The translations under genes were made by a program, and so were the position numbers. 43,145 nt of DNA. It comes from Candidatus Eiseniibacteriota bacterium (GTDB lineage: Bacteria > Joyebacterota > Joyebacteria > Joyebacterales > Joyebacteraceae). The notes below the pieces were generated by a model, which saw nothing but the letters and a program-made list of their open reading frames with translations, searched no databases and was not told the DNA's origin. How positions within the stretch are numbered: position 1 is the stretch's first letter; each line of letters opens with the position of its first letter. The DNA lies in NCBI GenBank assembly GCA_043819135.1, contig JBDRFG010000119.1, positions 1-43,145 on the forward strand, read 5' to 3'. Shown one piece after another: positions 16,654 to 27,712 of the stretch.

Positions 16654-18435
16654 ATGGCATCGGACACTCGAAGGGCATCGTGCTCACGGAAGGTTCGCGG
16701 CGTTCCGCCTGCTCGCCGCGTTCCGTCTGCGCGCCGCGTTTCCGCGGCAACCTGTCTCCTTACGGTCGCGCTGGCTCTCCTTGCGAGTTGTCCCGTCGGC
16801 GCTGCCGAGGTAACCTTTGCTGCGGTCGCGGGACACGAGAGCATGCGCGCGCGAGACGTACTCGCCGTTCTCGGATTGGCGGAGGGCTCCGTCTTCGACA
16901 GGGAGACGGTCGAAGACGGCGCCGATTCGCTGCTCAGGCTCTACGCGGACCTCGGGCGCCCGTTCGCGCGCGTGAGCGCCTCGTGGGACTCCACCGTCGC
17001 GGGCGTAGAAGTGTCGATATCGATCGACGAAGGCCCCGATGTCCGACTGGGCGCCCTCGAGTTCCAAAGCATGGGCGGGCCCGTGCCGGACGGACTCCTG
17101 CAGCGCCTCGAGCTCCGGCCGGGCGGGCACCTCACGCGCGGCTCCCTCGCCGGGGACACGGACGCGCTTCTGCGCGGCTACGCGGACGAAGGAAGGCCCT
17201 TCGCCGAGATCGTCCTCCCTAGGTCCGTCGAGCTGTCGGACGACGGCAGGCTCAGCGGTCGGATAGAGGTGAGAGAGGGGCCTGAGACGTGGTTCGGCGA
17301 CGTCGTCGTGGCGGGCAACAACATCACTCGAGAGCACGTCGTCGTGAGGGAGGCCGGCATCGAGCGCGGCGAGACCTTCAGTGAAACGCGGCTGGCCGGG
17401 GTGCGGCCAAGACTGGAGAGGCTAATCTTCCTCGACGCCGTGGAAGAGCCTGTCGTGGCCGTCGACCCGTCGAACGGCGAGGCCACCGTGGGCATCGTGG
17501 TCACGGAGGGCACGTCGAACCGGATCTCGGGCGTTCTCGGCTTCGCCGGTGGTCCCGGCGCGGCCGATGAACTCACCGGGGTCATCGACATCGAGTTGGG
17601 GAACATCGCCGGGACAGGCAGGTCCGCGTCGGCCGCCTGGAAACGCATTCGCGAGAACCAGACCGAGATATCCTTCTCATACACCGAGCCGTGGCTCCTC
17701 GGCGCGCCGGTGGACGTGGGTGTAGCCGGCAGCCAGTCCGTCAGGGACACGTTCTACACGACCACGGAGGGGGACCTCTTAGTCACGGCGCGCGTCGGCG
17801 GGCGCGTCAGACTGACGTGGTCCGTGGGCGCCGAGCGGTACGTGCCCGGCGCGGCCACCGAGTCGACGACCACGAGCGCCAGGACCGCGTTCGCCGTCGC
17901 CTACGACGGAACGGACGCGCCGTGGAATCCGACGTCCGGAACGAGGCTCGGCGCGGGCATCGAGTACGCCGCAAAGGAGGGCGCCGACTCCGGCCGCGAC
18001 GAGAGGTCGGGCACGGTGACCGCCCAGGCTGAGGGCTTCCTCCGGGTCAGAGGGCGTCAGGTCGTGGCCCTCCTGGCACGCGTCGCGGCGCTGGTCAGCA
18101 CCGAGGAGGAGGTGCCGTACCACGAACTCCTGGTCCTCGGAGGCGCGCGCAGCCTGCGCGGCTACAGGGAGGAGCAGTTCCGCGGGACGAGGGTGGCGCT
18201 TGGGTCCGTCGAGTACCGCCTTCTGCTCGGCAGGCGGTCGAGAGCCATCGCGTTCGTCGATGTGGGGTACTGGTACCGCGATGGTTCTAATGTAGCAAAG
18301 GACACGAACTTAGGTTACGGAATCGGGTTGCGGGGCGACACCCGATTGGGTACAATCTCCATCAACTACGGGTTGGGGGAAGGGGACGACCTCCTCGACG
18401 GGAAGCTGCACGCAGGTCTGATCCGCGAATTCTAG
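16654..18435 (+). CDS. Omp85 (BamA/TamA/TamL-like) outer-membrane assembly protein with three POTRA domains
   Basis: Three POTRA-like units ending DEG/REG/TEG (Y...GRPFA in the first two; GN..TR..VV.RE in the third); N.AGTG, SYTEPWLLG; LGGARSLRGY ((V/I)RG(F/Y)-type motif); GYGIGLR; ends LIREF. The ORF-track start 16495 overlaps the upstream gene, so 16648/16654 is preferred. Confidence 0.88.
   Translation: MASDTRRASCSRKVRGVPPARRVPSARRVSAATCLLTVALALLASCPVGAAEVTFAAVAGHESMRARDVLAVLGLAEGSVFDRETVEDGADSLLRLYADLGRPFARVSASWDSTVAGVEVSISIDEGPDVRLGALEFQSMGGPVPDGLLQRLELRPGGHLTRGSLAGDTDALLRGYADEGRPFAEIVLPRSVELSDDGRLSGRIEVREGPETWFGDVVVAGNNITREHVVVREAGIERGETFSETRLAGVRPRLERLIFLDAVEEPVVAVDPSNGEATVGIVVTEGTSNRISGVLGFAGGPGAADELTGVIDIELGNIAGTGRSASAAWKRIRENQTEISFSYTEPWLLGAPVDVGVAGSQSVRDTFYTTTEGDLLVTARVGGRVRLTWSVGAERYVPGAATESTTTSARTAFAVAYDGTDAPWNPTSGTRLGAGIEYAAKEGADSGRDERSGTVTAQAEGFLRVRGRQVVALLARVAALVSTEEEVPYHELLVLGGARSLRGYREEQFRGTRVALGSVEYRLLLGRRSRAIAFVDVGYWYRDGSNVAKDTNLGYGIGLRGDTRLGTISINYGLGEGDDLLDGKLHAGLIREF
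16702..16745 (+). repeat. 18-bp imperfect tandem repeat in the Omp85 signal region (VPPARR-VPSARR-VS)
   Basis: gttccgcctgctcgccgc / gttccgtctgcgcgccgc / gtttccgc. Confidence 0.75.
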
Positions 18436-20493
<2,058 letters not shown>

Positions 20494-20520
20494 CCGCTGT
20501 ACCTTCAGAAAGGCGCACAC

Positions 20521-21810
20521 ATGCTCACAATTGAAGAGGCCCGACAGGGCAGGGCCACGGAGGCTCTAGCGGCCGTGGCCCGTGACGAGAACATCGCGGT
20601 CGAGGAACTGATCGCGTTGGTCGCCGCCGGCAAGGCGGTGATCCTGAGGAACAACAGGAGCTCGCGCAGACCAGTGGGGTTGGGGCTGGGACTGAGGACG
20701 AAAGTCAACGCGAACCTCGGGACGTCCTCGGACGCGTCCAGCCTGGAAGAGGAACTCGCGAAAGTGGACGCGGCCATCGCGGCCGGCGCCGACGCGATCA
20801 TGGACCTCTCGACGGGCGGAGATCTTGACGAGATCCGGCGCGCTGTTCTCGAGCGCTCGACAGTTCCCGTCGGCAGCGTTCCGCTCTACCAGGCCGCCGT
20901 TCGTTCGAGGAGGCAGGGTCTGGGCATCGTGCACATGACGGCCGACGACATGCTCGGGGCGATCGAGGACCACGCGAGGGACGGCATGGACTTCGTGACG
21001 GTTCACTGCGGCGTTACGCGAGAGGTCGCGGAGCACTGCAGGCGCGCCCGCAGGCTGGCCGACGTCGTCAGCCGTGGCGGCGCTTTCCTGATGGAGTGGA
21101 TGTCGTATAACGGGCAGGAGAACCCCCTGTACGAGCGGTACGACGATCTTCTGGACATAGCCGGCGAGTACGACGTGGCTCTGAGCCTGGGAGACGGCCT
21201 GAGGCCCGGCGCGTTGGCCGACGCCAACGACGCGCCGCAGATCGCCGAGCTGACCGTCATCGCGGAGCTCGTGACCCGCGCGAGGGAGCGCGGCGTTCAG
21301 GTGATCGTCGAGGGGCCGGGGCACGTGCCGCTGCATCTCGTTCGGTCCTCCGTCGAACTCGAGAAGTCCCTGTGCCACGGCGCTCCGTTCTACGTCCTGG
21401 GTCCCATCGTGACCGACGTCGCCCCGGGCTACGACCACATAGCGGCGGCCATCGGTGGCGCCGTCGCGGCGGCCGCGGGCGCGGACTTCCTCTGCTACGT
21501 AACCCCGGCGGAGCATCTGAGGCTTCCCGATGTCGACGACGTCCGAGAGGGCGTGTACGCGATCCGTGTGGCCGCTCATGCCGCGGACATTGCCAAGAAC
21601 GTCGGCGGCGCGCGCGACTGGGACGACGAGCTGTCCAGGGCGCGCAAGGCTCTGCAGTGGGAACGTGTGATAGACCTGTCCCTGAATAGCGACAAGGCCA
21701 AGGCCTTCCGCGACGCATCTTCCCCTTCGGACGATGAGCTCTGCACCATGTGCGGTGAGTTCTGTGCCATCAGGAAGATGACCGACGTCCGGAAGGGAGA
21801 GGGCGAATGA
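20521..21810 (+). CDS. thiC: Phosphomethylpyrimidine synthase ThiC (short form; ThiC/Bza radical-SAM family)
   Basis: KVNANLGTS, MDLSTGG, VSRGG, SLGDGLRPG, EGPGH, FYVLGP..TD.APGYDHI, CYVTPAEHL, CTMCGEFC. Confidence 0.88.
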   Translation: MLTIEEARQGRATEALAAVARDENIAVEELIALVAAGKAVILRNNRSSRRPVGLGLGLRTKVNANLGTSSDASSLEEELAKVDAAIAAGADAIMDLSTGGDLDEIRRAVLERSTVPVGSVPLYQAAVRSRRQGLGIVHMTADDMLGAIEDHARDGMDFVTVHCGVTREVAEHCRRARRLADVVSRGGAFLMEWMSYNGQENPLYERYDDLLDIAGEYDVALSLGDGLRPGALADANDAPQIAELTVIAELVTRARERGVQVIVEGPGHVPLHLVRSSVELEKSLCHGAPFYVLGPIVTDVAPGYDHIAAAIGGAVAAAAGADFLCYVTPAEHLRLPDVDDVREGVYAIRVAAHAADIAKNVGGARDWDDELSRARKALQWERVIDLSLNSDKAKAFRDASSPSDDELCTMCGEFCAIRKMTDVRKGEGE

Positions 21811-24659
21811 CAGAGGCAGGTTCCTCTTCCTATCCGCGCACGTTCGTCGGGCTGGATCTCGAGACGACCGGAGTCGATTCGAAGACCGACCGCATCATCG
21901 AGGTCGGGGCCGTCCGGATCGTGGACGGTGAGGTCGACGAGACGTTCGAGGCGCTCGTGAATCCCGGCTGTCCCATTCCCTCCGACATCGTCTACCTGAC
22001 CGGTATTTCGGACGCCGACGTCGCGGGGGCCCCGACGATCGACGAGGTGCTGCCGCGCATCGTCGAGTTCATCGGCGGAAGCCCGATCGTGGCGCACCAC
22101 GCGCTGTTCGACACGGGTTTCCTGAACGAGGCCGCCGCCGGCCGGCCCGAGCTCGTGGTCGGCCGCGGCGGCGTGTTCGACACCCTCCCCCTGACCAGGG
22201 CGCTTCTGCCCAGACTGCCGAACCACCGTCTGGTCACCGCGGCGCGCTTCTTCGATATACCGACGGGGCGTTCACACCGTGCGACCGACGACGCCCGCGC
22301 CGTGGCGGACCTCTTCCTCTCTCTGCTCGGGGTCCTCGATCAGATCGGCGCTAGCGTGCTGGAGCGCATGTACCGCCTCGCGGACAAGGCCACCAGAACG
22401 CTGATCGAGGCGGCGCGGGAGCGCGCCGAGGCGAAGATCGACCCGTTGGCGGTCCCGGACCACGGCGAGAAGGAGAGCGAACTCCAGCGGCTGGACACGG
22501 TGCGTGGGCTGGGTGTCACAAGGACGCCTGCGGAGGAGATCCGTGAGATAGACCTCGACGAGCTCGAGTCGCTCTTCGCCACGGACGGGCCCATCGGCCG
22601 GGAGCTGCGCGGCTACGAGATCCGCAGGCAGCAGCTCCGGATGCTCCGGGCGGTCGGCGACTCCCTGATGGGAGGCGTCCACCTCGTCGTCGAGGCGGGC
22701 ACCGGCGTGGGCAAGTCGCTCGCGTACCTGACGCCCGCCGTCTACTTCGCGGTGCAGAACGGCGAACGTGTCATCGTGTCCACCAACACGAAGAACCTGC
22801 AGGAGCAGCTCTTTCTCAAGGACGTTCCGTTCCTCGAGCGCGTGCTCGACATCGACTTCTCGGTGTCGCTCCTCAAGGGGAGGGGGAACTACATCTGCCA
22901 GTCGCGGTGGAGACAGGTGCTCGAGAAGGGCCTCTCGCCGAGCGAGCGCTCTCAGCTCCTGCCCGTGGCTCTGTGGGAGCAAGAGACGCGCTCCGGCGAC
23001 ATCAGCGAGAACGTCGCCTTCAGACAGCGCGGCTACCTGTGGAGCCGGATCTCGGCGGAGGGCGGTCCCTGTCTGGGGCAGAAGTGCCCCATGAGGGACA
23101 CCTGCTACCTCCTCAAGGCCCGCAAGGCGTCGCAGGCGGCGCACATCGTCATCGTGAACCACTCGCTCCTCTTCAGCGACACGGAGGCGGACAACAGAAT
23201 ACTCGGCGAATACTCGTACCTCATCTGCGACGAGGCGCACAACATGGAGCACGTCGCCACTGAACACCTCGGCAAGCGCTCCAACATCTGGCGCGCGAGG
23301 GCGATGCTCGACAACCTCTACAGGAACGAGGGCGGCCCGAGCGGTGATCTCGGGGAGATCATCGGCGCGCTGTCGGCAGGCGACGGGGCGCTTCTCGAGT
23401 CGGCCTCGGCCGGAGCGGAACGCCTGGCCTCGAACGTCGCGGCCGCGTCGGCCGCGACGGAGACGTTCTTCGCCGCGCTCCGGGAGAGACACAAGGACCT
23501 GAACGACGGGCGCGAGGTCGAGTTCGGGAAGCTCCGGTACCGTCAGGACGCTCCCGTGGCCGCGCTTCTCGAGAGTGAGTTGGCGGTGATACTGGCCGCG
23601 CTGTCCACGGTGGCCGAGGGAGCCGTGACGCTGGCCGATCTCATCACGGACTCCGAACTCGAAAGGGCCGACTCGTTCGTTCAGAACTTGACGTTTCACG
23701 CGGCTCGTCTCAGGGAGTTCGCCTCGGACCTCGAGTACGTTGCGGAGGCCGCCGATCCCGAGAGCGTGTTCTGGCTGGACGTGAACACGTTCCGCGACGT
23801 CTTCGAGTGCGAGCTTCGAAGCGCCCCGGTCAGCGTGGCGGAGATGATGGATGACTTCCTCTACTCGCGCGTGGATTCGCTCATCGCGACAAGTGCGACC
23901 ATGACGGTCGACGGCAGCTTCGATTTCGTCATGGAGAGGCTGGGGCTGGACCTCATACCCGACTGGAAGGTCCGGACCCTCGACGTGGGCAGCCCTTACG
24001 ACTACGACGCTCAATCTCTTGCCGTCGTGGCCGGCTACCTGCCGCAGCCATCTTCGTCCGGATTCAACCAGACGGTCGCTCGTCTGGTCGTCAAGCTGGC
24101 GGAGCGCGCGCAGGGGGGAACGCTCGTTCTCTTCACGGCGCGGTCGGCGCTGGACGCGGTCTTCAGGGCCGTGGTCGACCCGCTGACGGCCAGAGGGAAG
24201 CTCGTGCTCGCGCAGGGGCACGGGGGCGCGGCCTCCGCGCTCCTCGAGCAGTTCGCCCGCGAGGTCGACTCGGTGCTGCTGGCAACCAGCAGCTTCTGGG
24301 AGGGCGTCGACGTACCCGGGCGTTCGCTCGAGCAGCTGGTCATCGTCAAACTGCCGTTCCCGGTGCCGAGCGATCCCGTCGTGGAGGCGCACTGCGAGCG
24401 CTACGAGGCGGAAGGCGAGAACTCGTTCGGCCGCTACATGATCCCCCGAACGGCCATCAGGCTGAGACAGGGGTTCGGACGGCTGATACGCTCGACAACG
24501 GACTCGGGCGCTGTTATCTTCCTGGACAGCAGGCTCTCGACACGGGCATACGGCGACAGGCTCCTCGAGCAGCTGCCGACGCGTACCATCATTGTTGATT
24601 CGGAGGCGGGTCTCTTGACCGCACTGGCCGGCATACACGCGGACCAGCCGGCGGTCTGA
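21807..24659 (+). CDS. dinG: DnaQ-like 3'-5' exonuclease fused to a DinG-family Fe-S helicase
   Basis: DLETTG, HHALFD, HRATDDA (DEDDh); Q-motif R.QQ; EAGTGVGKS; four Cys (NYIC..PCLGQKCP...C); CDEAH; SAT; SFWEGVD; KLPFP.P.DP; QGFGRLIRS. ATGA overlap with thiC. Confidence 0.93.
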   Translation: MTEAGSSSYPRTFVGLDLETTGVDSKTDRIIEVGAVRIVDGEVDETFEALVNPGCPIPSDIVYLTGISDADVAGAPTIDEVLPRIVEFIGGSPIVAHHALFDTGFLNEAAAGRPELVVGRGGVFDTLPLTRALLPRLPNHRLVTAARFFDIPTGRSHRATDDARAVADLFLSLLGVLDQIGASVLERMYRLADKATRTLIEAARERAEAKIDPLAVPDHGEKESELQRLDTVRGLGVTRTPAEEIREIDLDELESLFATDGPIGRELRGYEIRRQQLRMLRAVGDSLMGGVHLVVEAGTGVGKSLAYLTPAVYFAVQNGERVIVSTNTKNLQEQLFLKDVPFLERVLDIDFSVSLLKGRGNYICQSRWRQVLEKGLSPSERSQLLPVALWEQETRSGDISENVAFRQRGYLWSRISAEGGPCLGQKCPMRDTCYLLKARKASQAAHIVIVNHSLLFSDTEADNRILGEYSYLICDEAHNMEHVATEHLGKRSNIWRARAMLDNLYRNEGGPSGDLGEIIGALSAGDGALLESASAGAERLASNVAAASAATETFFAALRERHKDLNDGREVEFGKLRYRQDAPVAALLESELAVILAALSTVAEGAVTLADLITDSELERADSFVQNLTFHAARLREFASDLEYVAEAADPESVFWLDVNTFRDVFECELRSAPVSVAEMMDDFLYSRVDSLIATSATMTVDGSFDFVMERLGLDLIPDWKVRTLDVGSPYDYDAQSLAVVAGYLPQPSSSGFNQTVARLVVKLAERAQGGTLVLFTARSALDAVFRAVVDPLTARGKLVLAQGHGGAASALLEQFAREVDSVLLATSSFWEGVDVPGRSLEQLVIVKLPFPVPSDPVVEAHCERYEAEGENSFGRYMIPRTAIRLRQGFGRLIRSTTDSGAVIFLDSRLSTRAYGDRLLEQLPTRTIIVDSEAGLLTALAGIHADQPAV

Positions 24660-24707
24660 GCGGGGGCGCGATGCGCGTCCGGCTCGACTCTTCCGGAGGT
24701 AGAACTC

Positions 24708-26372
24708 ATGAAGAAGACGACAGGCAGTCGCGAGGTGAGGGCGCCCCGCGGCAGCGGGCTCTCGTGCAAGGGCTGGCTGCAGGAGGCGGCGCTCAGGATG
24801 ATCTCGAACAACCTCGACCCCGAGGTAGCCGAGAAACCGGATGAACTCGTGGTCTACGGGGGAACGGGGAAGGCGGCGAGAAACTGGGACGCGTTCGATG
24901 CGATAGTCCGTTCGCTCAGGGAACTGGACGAGGACGAGACGCTGCTAGTGCAGTCGGGTAAGCCCGTCGGCGTTTTCCGGACCCACAAAGACGCCCCCCG
25001 GGTACTGATAGCGAACTCGAACCTGGTCGGAGACTGGGCGACCTGGGACAAGTTCCGTGAGCTCGAGCGCAAGGGCCTCATTATGTACGGCCAGATGACA
25101 GCCGGGAGCTGGATCTATATCGGCACTCAGGGCATCCTGCAGGGGACCTACGAGACCCTCGCCGAACTGGCGCGCCAGCACTTCGATGGCACTCTTGCCG
25201 GGAAGCTGGTCTTGACGGGCGGGATGGGAGGAATGGGTGGCGCGCAGCCGCTGGCCGTGACGATGAACGGCGGCGTCTGCATCTGCGTCGAGGTCGAGCG
25301 CGAGAGAATACAGAAACGGCTCGACACCGGGTACTGCGACCGGATGACCGACGACCTGGACGAGGCGCTCGCTCTTGCCGGCGAGGCGCAGGCCGGGAGC
25401 GACGCGCTCTCGATCGGCCTGGTAGGCAATTGCGCGGATGTCCTGCCCGAGTTCGCGCGCAGGGGCGTCGTGCCCGACGTGGTGACCGACCAGACCTCCG
25501 CCCACGACGCGCTGACGGGCTACGTGCCGGCGGGCATGCCGTATCAGGAAGCGCTCGCGCTCCGCGACGGCGACCCCGACCGGTACATCAAGCTCTCGAT
25601 GGAGTCGATGGCCACGCACGTCCGCGCCATCCTCGAACTCCGGAAGCGCGGGGCAGTGGCGTTCGATTACGGGAACAACCTCAGGGGCCAGGCGCAGGAA
25701 GCCGGTGTCGAGAACGCCTTCGACTACCCGGGCTTCGTCCCCGCGTACATCCGCCCGCTCTTCTGCGAGGGCAAGGGCCCGTTCCGCTGGGTGGCGCTGT
25801 CCGGTGACCCCGAGGACATCTACAAGACCGACGAGACCGTGCTCCGGCTGTTCCCGAAGGACGAGGCGCTCTGTCGCTGGATCAAGCTCGCGCGTGAGAA
25901 GGTGCACTTTCAGGGGCTCCCGTCGAGGATCTGCTGGCTGGGCTACGGCGAGCGCGCGAAGTTCGGCCTTGAACTCAACCGTATGGTGGGAGCGGGCGAG
26001 CTCAGCGCGCCCATAGTCATCGGGCGGGACCACCTGGACAGCGGGTCGGTCGCATCGCCCTACCGCGAGACCGAGGGTATGCTGGACGGCAGCGACGCCA
26101 TCGCCGACTGGCCCGTCCTGAATGCGCTTCTCAATGCCGTTGGCGGCGCCACGTGGGTCTCGTTCCACCACGGGGGTGGGGTGGGGATCGGCAAGTCACT
26201 GCACGCCGGAATGGTCATCGTCGCCGACGGCACCGACGAGGCGGCCGTGCGCCTGGAGAGAGTGCTCACCTACGACCCGGGCACCGGCATCATGCGCCAC
26301 GCGGACGCAGGATACGAGAAGGCCGTGGAGTGGGCCAGGACGCACGACATCAAGATACCGATGCTGGACTGA
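24708..26372 (+). CDS. hutU: Urocanate hydratase
   Basis: [77 protein letters not shown]. Confidence 0.98.
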   Translation: MKKTTGSREVRAPRGSGLSCKGWLQEAALRMISNNLDPEVAEKPDELVVYGGTGKAARNWDAFDAIVRSLRELDEDETLLVQSGKPVGVFRTHKDAPRVLIANSNLVGDWATWDKFRELERKGLIMYGQMTAGSWIYIGTQGILQGTYETLAELARQHFDGTLAGKLVLTGGMGGMGGAQPLAVTMNGGVCICVEVERERIQKRLDTGYCDRMTDDLDEALALAGEAQAGSDALSIGLVGNCADVLPEFARRGVVPDVVTDQTSAHDALTGYVPAGMPYQEALALRDGDPDRYIKLSMESMATHVRAILELRKRGAVAFDYGNNLRGQAQEAGVENAFDYPGFVPAYIRPLFCEGKGPFRWVALSGDPEDIYKTDETVLRLFPKDEALCRWIKLAREKVHFQGLPSRICWLGYGERAKFGLELNRMVGAGELSAPIVIGRDHLDSGSVASPYRETEGMLDGSDAIADWPVLNALLNAVGGATWVSFHHGGGVGIGKSLHAGMVIVADGTDEAAVRLERVLTYDPGTGIMRHADAGYEKAVEWARTHDIKIPMLD

Positions 26373-26395
26373 GGCCGGAAGCGCAAGGGAACTCC

Positions 26396-27676
26396 ATGAC
26401 AGACCTCATCGTCAGGAACATAGGCCAGCTGATCACTCTCGCGGGGCCGGAAGGCCCCCGCCGGGGGGCGGCGATGCGGGAACTCGCGCTGGTCGAGGGT
26501 GGCGCGGTGGCCGCAGGCGGCGGGCGAGTGCTCGCAGCAGGTGCCGAGTCCGACGTGCTGGCTTCCGTCGAGACGGGACCGGGCACGATCGTCATCGACG
26601 CCGACGGCGGGGTAGTCACGCCGGGGCTTGTCGACCCTCACACGCACGCCGTCTTCGCCGCTACGCGAGAAGACGAGTTCGCGATGCGCGTCGAGGGCGT
26701 AAGCTACGAGGAGATCGCCGAGGCCGGCGGTGGGATCCGGTCGAGCGTGCGCGCTCTTCGCGCCGCGGATTCGGATAGCCTCCGGGAAAACGGACGGAAC
26801 ACGCTGGACCGAATGCTCGAGCACGGCACCACGACCGTGGAGGTCAAGAGCGGGTACGGGTTGTCCCTTCAGTCCGAACTCAAGATGCTGCGTGTGATCT
26901 CGGAGCTTGCGGACACGCACGTGGTCGACATCGTGCCGACGTTCCTGGGCGCGCACGAGTTCCCGGATGAGTGGCGCGACGACCGGGACGGCTACGTCGA
27001 CCACCTGATCGATGACATGATACCGGCGGTCGCGGCCGAGAAGCTGGCCCGGTTCTGCGACGTCTTCTGCGAGGAGGGCGTGTTCACCGTCGAGCAGTCC
27101 CGCCGCGTGCTCTCTGCAGCGCGCGCGTACGGCATGGAGCCCAAGCTCCACGCCGACGAGCTGCACCCGGCAGGTGGAGGCGAGCTGGCGTCCGAACTCA
27201 AGGCGGCGTCCGCGGATCACTTGGTATGTGTGTCGGACGACGGCATCGCAGCTCTGGCCGGGGCCGGCGTCGTGGCAGTTCTTCTGCCGGGAACGACACT
27301 GTCGCTCGGGCATACCGGGTTCGCGCCCGCTAGGAAAATGATCGACGCGGGCGTGCCCGTCGCCCTGGCCACTGACTGCAATCCCGGCAGTTCCATGACC
27401 GAGTCGATGCAGATCATCCTCGCGCTCGCGTCGATGATGCTCCGCATGACGCCCGCCGAGGCGCTCGTCGCGGCCACCGTGAACGCGGCGGCCGCCCTGC
27501 GAGCCGGGGACGTCGTGGGCAGCCTGACCCCGGGCCGCCAGTGCGACCTCGTGATCTGGGAGGTCGACGACCACAGGGCCATTCCTTACCACTACGGTGT
27601 CAATCTCGTAGCGTCGGTCGTCAAACGGGGAGAGGTGGTTGTCTCCCGAGGGGTAGCCGGAACAGACGCGCGGTAG
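26396..27676 (+). CDS. hutI: Imidazolonepropionase
   Basis: PGLVDPHTH, GGGI, GTTT.EVKSGYGL, TFLGAH, DVFCE, KLHADE, SADHL, ATDCNPGSS. Start placed at ATG 26396 after the AAGGGA RBS. Confidence 0.97.
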   Translation: MTDLIVRNIGQLITLAGPEGPRRGAAMRELALVEGGAVAAGGGRVLAAGAESDVLASVETGPGTIVIDADGGVVTPGLVDPHTHAVFAATREDEFAMRVEGVSYEEIAEAGGGIRSSVRALRAADSDSLRENGRNTLDRMLEHGTTTVEVKSGYGLSLQSELKMLRVISELADTHVVDIVPTFLGAHEFPDEWRDDRDGYVDHLIDDMIPAVAAEKLARFCDVFCEEGVFTVEQSRRVLSAARAYGMEPKLHADELHPAGGGELASELKAASADHLVCVSDDGIAALAGAGVVAVLLPGTTLSLGHTGFAPARKMIDAGVPVALATDCNPGSSMTESMQIILALASMMLRMTPAEALVAATVNAAAALRAGDVVGSLTPGRQCDLVIWEVDDHRAIPYHYGVNLVASVVKRGEVVVSRGVAGTDAR

Positions 27677-27712
27677 CCGCACAAGAGAGCATGTCCATTC
27701 TGGAGGTACGTC

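Noticed and set aside
20494..20520. TPP riboswitch upstream of thiC
   Set aside because: Only 27 nt of intergenic space and no riboswitch core visible.
22272..24638. 788-aa minus-strand ORF (also 26270-28351, 15081-16844, 33790-35163, 24945-26171 and others)
   Set aside because: These are antisense shadows of well-supported + strand genes, expected in high-GC DNA; they have no recognisable motifs.
21807..24659. DinG as part of type IV CRISPR or another defence system
   Set aside because: No cas genes or array; housekeeping context with an exonuclease-fused architecture.
26153..26395. Extended N-termini in the ORF track (hutI 26153, Omp85 16495, obgE 38473, DUF362 40495, LpxL-like 41840, porV 6182, porU 2102)
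   Set aside because: Most overlap upstream genes and all lack family similarity; downstream starts with RBS fit better.
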